DNA of 35,069 nt from Oscillospiraceae bacterium (lineage in GTDB: Bacteria > Bacillota > Clostridia > Oscillospirales > Oscillospiraceae). A program made the translations under genes and the position numbers. Location of the stretch: contig JAKSPP010000001.1 of the NCBI GenBank assembly GCA_024404735.1, positions 1 through 35,069 of the forward strand. Reading direction: 5' to 3'. The notes under the pieces were generated by a model. It saw nothing but the letters and a program-made list of their open reading frames with translations. It was not told the DNA's origin and made no database searches. Positions 1 to 7,927 of the stretch are shown here, piece after piece. Each line of letters begins with the position of its first letter. Within the stretch, counting starts at the first letter, position 1.

Positions 1-507
1 CATTATCTCCTTGCAGATGCATGTGAGGTATCTGGGCTGGGATGCAAATACAATCGCACCTTCGCTGTCGTAGCCGTAGTAAAGCGGGCGAATACCGATG
101 GGGTCTCTTGCGGCAATAAACTCATTCTCAAGTCCGTCGTAAATGATAAGAGCGTACTCTGCATCCAGCATCTTAAACATTTCACAGCCGTACTGCTCAT
201 AAAGGGGAAGAAGGATTTCGCAGTCGCTGTCGCTCTTAAAGCAATATCCCTTGTCCTTAAGCTCCTGTCTCATAGACTCAAAGCCGTAAATCTCGCCGTT
301 GCAGATTACGTAGCTTCCGTTTCTCTCAAAGGGCTGCATTCCTTCCGGATGAAGTCCCATAATAGAAAGACGGTGAAAGCCCAGCAGCCCTCCGGAGATT
401 CTTATTATCCGGCTGTCATCGGGACCTCTGGACACCGTTTCTTCAAATCCTTTTGTAAATAACTCTATATCTGCTCTCGGAGAGCAGTAACCCATTATCG
501 AACACAT
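1..507 (-). CDS. asnB: Asparagine synthase (glutamine-hydrolysing), N-terminal class-II amidotransferase part; the 3' end runs off the window
   Basis: My own minus-strand translation from the ATG at 507. The frame stays open to base 1, so it is missing from the ORF track. Sequence: MCSIMGYCSPRADIELF..HRLSIMGLHPEGMQPF..VICNGEIYGFESMRQELKDKGYCFKSDSDCEILLPLYEQYG..IAARDPIGIRPLYYGY. The Met-Cys N-terminus, CNGEIY and RDPxGxxPLYYG are AsnB hallmarks. The track ORF 3..200 is in another frame. Confidence 0.8.
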   Translation of the reverse strand, partial: MCSIMGYCSPRADIELFTKGFEETVSRGPDDSRIIRISGGLLGFHRLSIMGLHPEGMQPFERNGSYVICNGEIYGFESMRQELKDKGYCFKSDSDCEILLPLYEQYGCEMFKMLDAEYALIIYDGLENEFIAARDPIGIRPLYYGYDSEGAIVFASQPRYLTCICKEIM

Positions 508-540
508 TTTTTCCTCTCAATCTGCCATTTCATGGCTTAT

Positions 541-574
541 GGGAAGCGGCAAAATGCCGCTTCCCTCTTTTTTA
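541..574. terminator. GC-rich hairpin between the amt-PII stop and the asnB start
   Basis: GGGAAGCGGC (541-550) pairs perfectly with GCCGCTTCCC (556-565) around the loop AAAAT. The T-tract (566-574) is on the + strand, and an A-tract precedes the hairpin in the minus-strand reading. It probably acts as a weak or partial terminator for the minus-strand operon. Confidence 0.4.
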
Positions 575-585
575 TTTAAGCTATT

Positions 586-2310
586 TTATTCAACATCCTG
601 AAGGGCGTCGAAGCCTTCTTCACCGGTTCTTACCTTGACGACATTCTCAACATCGTAAACGAATATCTTGCCGTCGCCGATATGGCCTGTGTAAAGCGTC
701 TTCTTTGCGGTTTCAATGACATCCCTGACGGGAATTGCGCTGACAACGATGTCAACCTGAACCTTGGGAAGGAGGTTCGTTTCAACGGCAACACCACGGT
801 AGTATTCGGGCTTGCCTCCCTGAACACCGCAGCCAAGAACGTGGCTTACGGTCATTCCGGTGATTCCGAGCTTCATCATTGCGTTCTTGAGAGAATCAAG
901 ACGGGCTTCCTTGCAGATGATTTCGACCTTTGTAAACTTGGGTCCTGTACCCTCTGCGAAGGTGGGGACTGCCTTGACGGGGATTGCCTCTGCGGGAGGT
1001 GTCTCACCGGTGACGGCAACAACCTCTTCACCGTAGGAGGTGAACTTGTCAACTGCGGGCATGAAGTCTGCATATGCAGAGGGAAGACCGTGCTCGGAAA
1101 TATCCAGACCGGTGATTTCCTCTTCAACTGTGCAGCGAAGACCGTGGATCTTCTTAATAAGAAGGAATACGATAATCATCATAATTGCGGCATATGCTGC
1201 AACGGTGACAAAGCCTAAAAGCTGAATTCCGAGAAGCTTGAAGGAGCCTGTGTAGAAGAGACCCTCAAGTCCTGCAGGAGCATCGGGGTTAGCGAAAAGG
1301 CCGACTGCGATTGTACCCCAGATACCGTTTGCACAGTGAACACCGACTGCACCGACGGGGTCGTCGATATGAAGCTTAAGGTCAAGAAGCTCAACAACCC
1401 AGACAACCAGGAAGCCGGAAACGAGACCGATTGCAGCTGCGCCGATTGCATCAACGGCATCGCAGGGAGCGGTAATTGCAACGAGTCCGGCGAGAGAAGC
1501 GTTCAGACACATTGAAACATCGGGCTTGCCGTTGCGAATCCAGGTGTAAATCATTGTAGTGCAGGTTGCAACAGCGGGAGCAATGGTGGTAGTAAGGAAG
1601 ATGGAGCTGAGCTCGGAAACGCTGGTTGCTGCGGCGCCGTTAAAGCCGTACCAGCCGAGCCAGAGAATGAATACGCCCAGTGCGCCGAGGGTAATGGAGT
1701 GGCCGGGAATAGCGTTTACCTTTGTGACCTTGCCGTCTTTATCCTTAATATACTTGCCGACGCGGGGTCCGAGAATAGTTGCACCAACAAGTGCTGCGAT
1801 ACCGCCTACCATATGAATTGCGGTGGAGCCTGCGTAATCGTGGAAGCCAATCTGAGAGAGCCAGCCGCCGCCCCAGATCCAGTGGGCCTCGATGGGGTAA
1901 ACGAAGAGGGAGATAACTGCGGAGTAGATGCAGTAGGAGGAGAACTTGGTTCTTTCAGCCATGGAGCCTGAAACGATGGTTGCGGTGGTTGCACAGAAAA
2001 CGAGGTTGAATACGAAGGTGGAGGCTCCGGTGAAGCTGCCGTCACCGGGGGAAGCGATAAAATCCTTGAAGCTTGCGAAAAGCTGCATGTTGGGCTTTCC
2101 GATGAGACCGAAGAGTGTATCCTCGCCCATCATAATGGTGTAGCCCAGGAGTGTGAAGACAACTGTTCCGATACAGAAGTCCATAAGGTTCTTCATTATA
2201 ATGTTACCGGCGTTCTTTGCTCTGGTAAAGCCTGTTTCAACCATTGCAAATCCGGCCTGCATCCAGAAAACAAGGGCAGCGCCTATTAAAAACCAAAATT
2301 CTACTGTCAT
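586..2310 (-). CDS. amtB: Ammonium transporter (Amt/MEP family) fused to a C-terminal PII (GlnK/GlnB-like) signal-transduction domain
   Basis: 574-aa ORF. The N-terminal ~410 aa are typical Amt (FWMQAGFAMVETG, multiple TM helices). The last ~118 aa (nt ~589-942) read KVEIICKEARLDSLKNAMMKLGITGMTVSHVLGCGVQGGKPEYYRGV..LPKVQVDIVV..GHIGDGKIFVYDVENVVKVRTGE, a full PII fold signature with T-loop and the GDGKIF B-loop. Confidence 0.9.
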   Translation of the reverse strand: MTVEFWFLIGAALVFWMQAGFAMVETGFTRAKNAGNIIMKNLMDFCIGTVVFTLLGYTIMMGEDTLFGLIGKPNMQLFASFKDFIASPGDGSFTGASTFVFNLVFCATTATIVSGSMAERTKFSSYCIYSAVISLFVYPIEAHWIWGGGWLSQIGFHDYAGSTAIHMVGGIAALVGATILGPRVGKYIKDKDGKVTKVNAIPGHSITLGALGVFILWLGWYGFNGAAATSVSELSSIFLTTTIAPAVATCTTMIYTWIRNGKPDVSMCLNASLAGLVAITAPCDAVDAIGAAAIGLVSGFLVVWVVELLDLKLHIDDPVGAVGVHCANGIWGTIAVGLFANPDAPAGLEGLFYTGSFKLLGIQLLGFVTVAAYAAIMMIIVFLLIKKIHGLRCTVEEEITGLDISEHGLPSAYADFMPAVDKFTSYGEEVVAVTGETPPAEAIPVKAVPTFAEGTGPKFTKVEIICKEARLDSLKNAMMKLGITGMTVSHVLGCGVQGGKPEYYRGVAVETNLLPKVQVDIVVSAIPVRDVIETAKKTLYTGHIGDGKIFVYDVENVVKVRTGEEGFDALQDVE

Positions 2311-2381
2311 TTGTAAGTCACTTCTTTCTTCTAAAATAAATATATACTTAAATGTCGGGGAAATTGAGATATAGCTATTAA

Positions 2382-4475
2382 TTACTTAACAGAGAAAAGC
2401 ATGTCTGCATAGGAGGGAACGGGCCAGTAGCCGACGGAGGTCATGACCTCTGCTTCATCGGTTGCCTTTCTGAGGGCCTGCATTGCGGGAATAACACGGT
2501 CAAGAATCATTCCGGCCTCTTCTGTTATGTTGGCTGCGGTTCCCAGGGCTGCAAGTGCTTCTTCAAGCTTCTCGGTTTCGCTGTCCATGGTGTCGAGAAG
2601 GGCAGAGAGCTTCTCAATGCGCTTTGTCTCGAAACGGGTGGATGCACCGGGTACGGCGGAGAGCTTTGCTGCCATAGAGGATGCAAGAGAACTGATATAC
2701 TCCTCAACAGCGTCGAGGTACATTGTCTTTTCCATGCTTATCATTGTGGAGGCTTCAATGGAAACTGTCTTGCAGTAGTTTTCCATCTGAATTTCGTAAC
2801 GGCTTAAAAGCTCGGACTCGGAGAATACCTTCTGTGCCATAAGCATATCCATATTCTTCTTATCAAGAAGCTTTGCCATTGCCTCGGGAGTTGTGCGGAG
2901 ATTTGAAAGACCTCTGGACTCGGCCTCGACAATCCAGGAATCGTCGTATCCGTTTCCGTTAAAGAGAATGCGCTTGTGCTCGCTTATTGTGCTCTTGATA
3001 AGGTCGTGCAGTGCAGAGCTGAAATCAGATGCCCCTTCAAGCTTTCCTGCAAACTCTTCGAGAACGGAGGCGACTGCTGCGTTCAGCATGATGTTTGCGC
3101 AGGCGATGGAGTTGGAGGAGCCGAGCATACGGAACTCGAACTTGTTTCCTGTAAATGCAAAGGGAGAAGTACGGTTGCGGTCTGTTGTATCAATGTTAAA
3201 GCGGGGAAGAACATCAACGCCCAGCTTCATGAGCTTGCGCTCAGTTCCGGCATAGGGCTTGTCCTCATCGATAGCTTCGAGAACAGCGGCCAGCTCGTCT
3301 CCGAGGAATATGGAAACAACGGCGGGAGGAGCTTCGTTTGCTCCGAGTCTGTGGTCGTTTCCGGCGGTTGCAACGGAGAGACGGAGAAGATCCTGATAAT
3401 CATCAACTGCCTTGATTACGGCAACGAGGAAGAGAAGGAACTGTGCATTCTCGTAGGGAGTCTCACCGGGGGAGAGAAGATTTATGCCGGTATCGGTTGC
3501 AATGGACCAGTTGTTGTGCTTTCCGCTTCCGTTAACGCCTGCAAAGGGCTTCTCGTGGAGAAGACATACAAGACCGTGCTTCTGTGCAACCTTCTGCATA
3601 AGCTCCATGGTGAGCTGGTTGTGGTCTGCGGCTATATTAGTGGTTGCGTAAATGGGGGCCAGCTCGTGCTGAGCGGGTGCAACCTCGTTATGCTCTGTCT
3701 TGGCCAGAATTCCCAGCTTCCAGAGCTCCTCGTTCAGCTCTTCCATAAAGGCTGCTATGCGGGGCTTGATTACTCCGAAGTAGTGGTCGTCCATTTCCTG
3801 ACCCTTGGGGGGCTTTGCTCCGAAAAGTGTTCTGCCGGTGTAGCAGAGGTCGGGGCGCTGCTCATACATTTCCTTTGTAATAAGGAAGTACTCCTGCTCG
3901 GGGCCGACGCTGGAGCGTACACATCTGACATCGTCTCTTCCGAAGAGCTTCAGAATGCGGATTGCCTGCTTGTTCAGGGCCTGCATGCTTCGGAGAAGGG
4001 GAGTCTTCTTGTCCAGAGCCTCACCGCCGTAGGAGCAGAAGGCTGTGGGAATGCAAAGGGTCTTGCCCTTGATGAATGCATAGCTTGTGGGGTCCCAGGC
4101 CGTGTAGCCTCTTGCCTCGAAGGTAGCACGAAGGCCGCCGGAGGGGAAGGAGGATGCATCGGGTTCGCCTCTTATCAGCTCCTTGCCGGAGAACTCCATT
4201 ATGACTCCGCCGTCGGGAGCGGGAGCAATGAAGCTGTCATGCTTTTCTGCGGTAACTCCGGTGAGAGGCTGGAACCAGTGTGTGAAGTGGGTTGCTCCCT
4301 TGGAAACCGCCCAGTCCTTCATGGCAGCAGCAACAGCGTCGGCAACATTCTTGTCCAGACGGGAGCCCTCGTCGATGGTCTTCTTAAGAGAATTGTAAAC
4401 ATCGGCCGAGAGATTTGCCTTCATAACTCTGTCATCAAATACATTACATCCAAAAAATTCGGGGACGGTCTTCAT
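2382..4475 (-). CDS. glnN: Glutamine synthetase, type III
   Basis: 697-aa ORF. The length and the N-terminal motif [24 protein letters not shown] are characteristic of GSIII (GlnN). The catalytic region contains NEVAPAQHE and [21 protein letters not shown] precedes the ATG at 4475. The gap to amt is 71 nt with no hairpin, so co-transcription is likely. Confidence 0.9.
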   Translation of the reverse strand: MKTVPEFFGCNVFDDRVMKANLSADVYNSLKKTIDEGSRLDKNVADAVAAAMKDWAVSKGATHFTHWFQPLTGVTAEKHDSFIAPAPDGGVIMEFSGKELIRGEPDASSFPSGGLRATFEARGYTAWDPTSYAFIKGKTLCIPTAFCSYGGEALDKKTPLLRSMQALNKQAIRILKLFGRDDVRCVRSSVGPEQEYFLITKEMYEQRPDLCYTGRTLFGAKPPKGQEMDDHYFGVIKPRIAAFMEELNEELWKLGILAKTEHNEVAPAQHELAPIYATTNIAADHNQLTMELMQKVAQKHGLVCLLHEKPFAGVNGSGKHNNWSIATDTGINLLSPGETPYENAQFLLFLVAVIKAVDDYQDLLRLSVATAGNDHRLGANEAPPAVVSIFLGDELAAVLEAIDEDKPYAGTERKLMKLGVDVLPRFNIDTTDRNRTSPFAFTGNKFEFRMLGSSNSIACANIMLNAAVASVLEEFAGKLEGASDFSSALHDLIKSTISEHKRILFNGNGYDDSWIVEAESRGLSNLRTTPEAMAKLLDKKNMDMLMAQKVFSESELLSRYEIQMENYCKTVSIEASTMISMEKTMYLDAVEEYISSLASSMAAKLSAVPGASTRFETKRIEKLSALLDTMDSETEKLEEALAALGTAANITEEAGMILDRVIPAMQALRKATDEAEVMTSVGYWPVPSYADMLFSVK

Positions 4476-4507
4476 AATTAATTTCCTTCTTTCTTACCGC
4501 ATTTTAT

Positions 4508-4575
4508 TAAACGAAAAGGGCGCCTTCCACGCTCCGGCCTATGCTACGGCCAACGTGAAAGACGCCCTTGCCTTT
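4508..4575 (-). promoter_or_regulatory. glnN 5' leader: terminator-like hairpin 2 (distal), preceded by an AAGGCAAG motif
   Basis: Minus strand: AAGGCAAG-GGGCGTCTTTCACG..(inner GGCC/GGCC hairpin)..CGTGGAAGGCGCCC-TTTTCGTTT. The outer stem is 14 bp (2 G-U) followed by a U-rich tract. It lies between the glnN promoter and the RBS. Confidence 0.55.
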
Positions 4576-4611
4576 CGTTCTATGCGAATTTATTTTTTGT
4601 TTTTGAAAATC

Positions 4612-4657
4612 AAAAAAGCGCCTCCGAGAGTGACCCTCTCGAAGACGCCATTGCCTT
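4612..4657 (-). promoter_or_regulatory. glnN 5' leader: terminator-like hairpin 1 (promoter-proximal), preceded by an AAGGCAAT motif
   Basis: Minus strand: AAGGCAAT-GGCGTCTTCGAGAG-GGTCA-CTCTCGGAGGCGC-TTTTTTG. The stem is 13 bp (2 G-U) followed by U6. It starts within ~10-20 nt of the predicted TSS. Confidence 0.55.
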
Positions 4658-4667
4658 GATGTGTGGG

Positions 4668-4696
4668 ATGATACTACCGTAAGACGAATTTGTCAA
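4668..4696 (-). promoter_or_regulatory. SigA-type promoter of glnN
   Basis: Minus strand: TTGACA (4696-4691), a 17-nt spacer, then TATCAT (4673-4668). Confidence 0.6.
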
Positions 4697-4714
4697 GTAC
4701 TTTTTCAGAAAAAT
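4691..4714. promoter_or_regulatory. Candidate operator overlapping the glnN -35 (GlnR/TnrA-like and CodY-like palindromes)
   Basis: TGTCAAGTACTTTTTCA (4691-4707) differs at one position from TGTNAN7TNACA. The overlapping CTTTTTCAGAAAAAT (4700-4714) matches 12 of 15 positions of the CodY box AATTTTCWGAAAATT. Confidence 0.3.
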
Positions 4715-4742
4715 CCGAAATTAATTTTTTTATTTTGGGGGC

Positions 4743-4772
4743 TTGACAAAAAAACGGTTTTGGGTGTATAAA
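4743..4772 (+). promoter_or_regulatory. SigA-type promoter of the glutamate synthase operon
   Basis: TTGACA (4743-4748), an 18-nt spacer ending in TG, then TATAAA (4767-4772). Confidence 0.55.
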
Positions 4773-4787
4773 AAATGACAATATGAG

Positions 4788-4877
4788 CAAAGGCGTTCAT
4801 TTCGGATTGTCCTCCCGGCTGCGGGAGAAGGCAAAGGTCCGGGGTGAGCGCTTTTTCTTTTTATTTTTATCGTAACT
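4788..4877 (+). promoter_or_regulatory. Glutamate synthase operon 5' leader: long interrupted terminator-like hairpin
   Basis: GCAAAGGCGTTCA-T-TTCGGA-TTGTC-CTCCCG-GCTG-CGGGAG-AAGGCAAAGG-TCCGGG-G-TGAGCGC, followed by TTTTTCTTTTTATTTTT. There are three stacked helices (7, 6 and 6 bp) and a U-rich tract that runs up to the RBS. Confidence 0.5.
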
Positions 4878-4895
4878 ATGAAAGGATGGCAGTAG

Positions 4896-5990
4896 ATGAA
4901 GCTTGAAGGAGAAGTGCGTATCCCTTCGGGATGTGCAATAGCAGCGCTTATTTCAAAGGATGGAAAAAGGGTAAGCGGTGAAACAATAATAAAAGCCATG
5001 CTGCCGATGCACGATCGCTCCAATGGTCTGGGCGGAGGCTTTGCGGCATACGGAATCTACCCCGAATATAAGGAGTATTACGCTCTGCATATGTTTTTTG
5101 ACAGCAGAGATACAAGAAAAGCCTGCGAGGTTTTTCTTAAGGAGCGCTTTGAAATAGTCAAGTCCGAGCTCCTTCCCACAAGGAAAATCCCTCAGATAAC
5201 GGATGAGCCCATTATCTGGCGCTATTTTGTCGCACCTCTTAAGAGCGTGCTTGAGAGCATGCAGCTTGAAGAAAAAGAATATGTAATGCGTACCGTTATG
5301 AAGATAAACACGGAAATGAAGGGCGCATATGTTTTTTCAAGCGGCAAGAATATGGGAACCTTCAAGGCAGTCGGCTTCCCGGAGGATGTCGGAGTATTCT
5401 ACAGACTGGATGAATATGAGGGCTACTCCTGGACGGCACACGGAAGATATCCTACTAACACCCCCGGCTGGTGGGGCGGTGCTCATCCCTTTACATTGCT
5501 TGATTATTCAATAGTACACAACGGTGAAATATCCTCCTATGACGCAAACCGCCGTTTTATTGAAATGTTCGGATATAAATGCAATCTTCAGACGGATACA
5601 GAGGTCATTACATACATAATGGACTATCTGCTCAGAATTCAGGGACTTTCTCTGGAGGAAGCTTCAAGTGTTGTCGCCGCCCCCTTCTGGAGTGTTATCG
5701 AGAATATGCCGGAGAAGGAAAAGAATAAGCTCAAATATCTCCGCACGGTTTTTCCCTCCCTTCTGATAACAGGCCCCTTCTCGATTATCCTCGGCTTTGA
5801 AGGCGGACTTATGGCACTTAATGACAGACTCAAGCTCCGCAGTATGGTTGTCGGAGAAAAGGACGATAAGGTGTTTATCGCCAGTGAGGAGGCTGCAATC
5901 CGTATGATGGAGCCCGATGCCGAAAACATCTGGTCTCCCGATGGCGGTGAGCCCGTAATAATCCAGGTAAAGGATGGTGTCCAGCTGTGA
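4896..5990 (+). CDS. Glutamate synthase, class-II glutamine amidotransferase domain subunit (split/archaeal type)
   Basis: 364 aa. The sequence IPSG-CAIAALIS suggests a pro-peptide ahead of the Ntn catalytic Cys. It also contains HDRSNGLGGGFA and HNGEISSY motifs typical of the GltB amidotransferase domain. The stop overlaps the next gene (GTGA). Confidence 0.8.
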   Translation: MKLEGEVRIPSGCAIAALISKDGKRVSGETIIKAMLPMHDRSNGLGGGFAAYGIYPEYKEYYALHMFFDSRDTRKACEVFLKERFEIVKSELLPTRKIPQITDEPIIWRYFVAPLKSVLESMQLEEKEYVMRTVMKINTEMKGAYVFSSGKNMGTFKAVGFPEDVGVFYRLDEYEGYSWTAHGRYPTNTPGWWGGAHPFTLLDYSIVHNGEISSYDANRRFIEMFGYKCNLQTDTEVITYIMDYLLRIQGLSLEEASSVVAAPFWSVIENMPEKEKNKLKYLRTVFPSLLITGPFSIILGFEGGLMALNDRLKLRSMVVGEKDDKVFIASEEAAIRMMEPDAENIWSPDGGEPVIIQVKDGVQL

Positions 5991-7492
5991 GTGTAGATTT
6001 TATATACCCCGAATTTGAGGTTGTCCGTAATGAAAGCAGATGCATAGCCTGCAGAGTCTGTGAGAGACAGTGCTCAAATGAGGTTCATTATTATGATGAC
6101 GAAAGAGGCCTTATGGTTTCCGATGAGAGCAAGTGCGTTAACTGCCAGCGCTGTGTGTCTCTCTGTCCCACAAGAGCCCTTAAAATAAGGGAAAGTGACT
6201 GCACCTTCCGTAAAAATGCAAACTGGCAGGGTCAGACCATTAAGGAGATTTACAAGCAGGCCTCAACAGGCGGTGTCCTCCTTTCCTCAATGGGTAACCC
6301 CACTCCTCTGCCTGTATACTGGGATAAGATTTTAATCAATGCATCTCAGGTTACAAACCCGTCCATTGACCCTCTCCGTGAGCCTATGGAAACAAAGGTC
6401 TTCCTCGGAAAGAAGCCGAATATTATCGGAAAAAACGAAGACGGAAGCCTTAAGTGTGAGCTCCCTCCCCAGCTTGAGCTCAGCCTTCCCGTTATGTTCT
6501 CCGCTATGAGCTACGGCTCAATAAGCTATAACGCCCATGCCTCCCTTGCAAGAGCCGCAACTGCAATGGGCACATATTATAACACAGGTGAGGGCGGACT
6601 CCACGAGGACTTCTATGTTTACGGTCCCAACACAGTCGTTCAGGTTGCATCCGGTCGTTTCGGTGTCCATGAGGATTATCTCTCTGCAGGTGCCGCAATC
6701 GAAATCAAGATGGGTCAGGGCGCAAAGCCCGGCATAGGCGGACATCTTCCCGGTGCAAAAATCGTCGGAGATGTCTCCAGAACAAGAATGATTCCCGAGG
6801 GCTCCGATGCAATTTCTCCGGCTCCTCACCACGATATCTATTCAATTGAAGATCTGCGTCAGCTTGTTTTCTCTCTTAAGGAGGCAACGGCCTATTCAAA
6901 GCCTGTTATAGTTAAGGTTGCCGCAGTTCATAATATTGCCGCCATTGCCAGCGGTATTGCAAGGTCCGGTGCGGATATTATCGCAATAGATGGTTTCCGC
7001 GGAGGTACCGGTGCTGCACCCACCAGAATAAGGGATAACGTCGGTATCCCCATTGAGCTTGCTCTTGCCGCAGTCGATTCCCGCCTCCGTGAGGAAGGTA
7101 TCAGAAACAACGTTTCTCTTGTTGTGGGCGGCTCAATCAGAAGTGCCTCCGATGTTGTTAAGGCCGTAGCTCTCGGTGCGGATGCCTGCTATATTGCAAC
7201 TGCAGCCGTTCTTGCCCTTGGCTGTCATCTTTGCAGAACCTGTCAGACGGGTAAGTGCAACTGGGGTATTGCAACCCAGCGCCCCGATCTTGTTAAGCGC
7301 CTGAATCCCGATATAGGCTCCGAGAGACTCATTAATCTTCTCACAGCCTGGCAGCACGAGATAAAGGAGCTTATGGGCGGTATGGGCATCAATTCCATTG
7401 AAGCCCTCAGAGGCAACCGCCTGATGCTCAGAGGCGTTGGCCTTAATGAGAAAGAACTGGAAATTCTCGGAATTTCCTATGCGGGAGAGTGA
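5987..7492 (+). CDS. Glutamate synthase FMN-binding (GltB central/synthase) domain subunit with an N-terminal 2x[4Fe-4S] ferredoxin module
   Basis: 501 aa. Two CxxCxxCxxxCP-type motifs sit at the N-terminus (CIACRVCERQC, CVNCQRCVSLCP). These are followed by LPVMFSAMSYGSIS, IKMGQGAKPGIGGHLPG and DGFRGGTGAAP, all GltS FMN-domain signatures. Confidence 0.85.
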   Translation: MSVDFIYPEFEVVRNESRCIACRVCERQCSNEVHYYDDERGLMVSDESKCVNCQRCVSLCPTRALKIRESDCTFRKNANWQGQTIKEIYKQASTGGVLLSSMGNPTPLPVYWDKILINASQVTNPSIDPLREPMETKVFLGKKPNIIGKNEDGSLKCELPPQLELSLPVMFSAMSYGSISYNAHASLARAATAMGTYYNTGEGGLHEDFYVYGPNTVVQVASGRFGVHEDYLSAGAAIEIKMGQGAKPGIGGHLPGAKIVGDVSRTRMIPEGSDAISPAPHHDIYSIEDLRQLVFSLKEATAYSKPVIVKVAAVHNIAAIASGIARSGADIIAIDGFRGGTGAAPTRIRDNVGIPIELALAAVDSRLREEGIRNNVSLVVGGSIRSASDVVKAVALGADACYIATAAVLALGCHLCRTCQTGKCNWGIATQRPDLVKRLNPDIGSERLINLLTAWQHEIKELMGGMGINSIEALRGNRLMLRGVGLNEKELEILGISYAGE

Positions 7493-7498
7493 TGAATT

Positions 7499-7927
7499 AT
7501 GAAGCGAGTATACGTTAAAGAAGAATGGTGCCTTGGCTGTCATCTCTGTGAATATAACTGTGCCTTTGCCAATTCCGGAAAAAGAGATATGTCCTCGGCC
7601 CTAAAGGGAAAACCCATATTCCCCCGTATTCATATCGAATCCGATGATAAAATAACCTATGCGGTTTCCTGCCGTCATTGTGAAGATCCCATGTGCATTA
7701 AAAGCTGTATTGCGGGTGCTATATCCAAAAAGGACGGAAGAGTCTGCATTGACAGAAGCAAGTGCGTGGGCTGTCTTACCTGCGTAATGGTCTGCCCCTA
7801 TGGCGCTCTTGCCCCCGGTGAAAACGGCACTATGCAGAAGTGTGAGCTGTGCCTTGAAAATTCCTGCGGTGCTCCGGCCTGTGTTACGGGCTGCCCCAAC
7901 AGGGCAATTGTATACGAAGAGAGGTGA
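7499..7927 (+). CDS. 4Fe-4S dicluster ferredoxin-like protein
   Basis: 142 aa with four Cys clusters (CLGCHLCEYNC, CRHCEDPMC, CVGCLTCVMVCP, CELC..C..CP). Confidence 0.75.
   Translation: MKRVYVKEEWCLGCHLCEYNCAFANSGKRDMSSALKGKPIFPRIHIESDDKITYAVSCRHCEDPMCIKSCIAGAISKKDGRVCIDRSKCVGCLTCVMVCPYGALAPGENGTMQKCELCLENSCGAPACVTGCPNRAIVYEER

Noticed and set aside
3-200. A 65-aa minus-strand ORF in the track.
   Set aside because: It is in a different frame from the clearly homologous asnB reading frame (1-507), which is open to the window edge and so was not listed.
4793-4851. Possible glutamine (glnA-motif) riboswitch in the glutamate synthase leader. It starts with CGTTCAT, ends with GAGCGC, and has an internal GAAGG.
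   Set aside because: The resemblance is limited to a few short strings. The fold is a single interrupted hairpin rather than the multi-stem, pseudoknotted glnA architecture. The related glnN leader hairpin 1 is a plain stem-loop. An Infernal search with RF01739 and RF01704 would settle it.
4878-4895. Mini-ORF ATG AAA GGA TGG CAG TAG, in frame with the glutamate synthase start codon and directly abutting it.
   Set aside because: It coincides with the RBS region (AAAGGA) of the main gene. At five codons with no Shine-Dalgarno of its own, it is most likely fortuitous.
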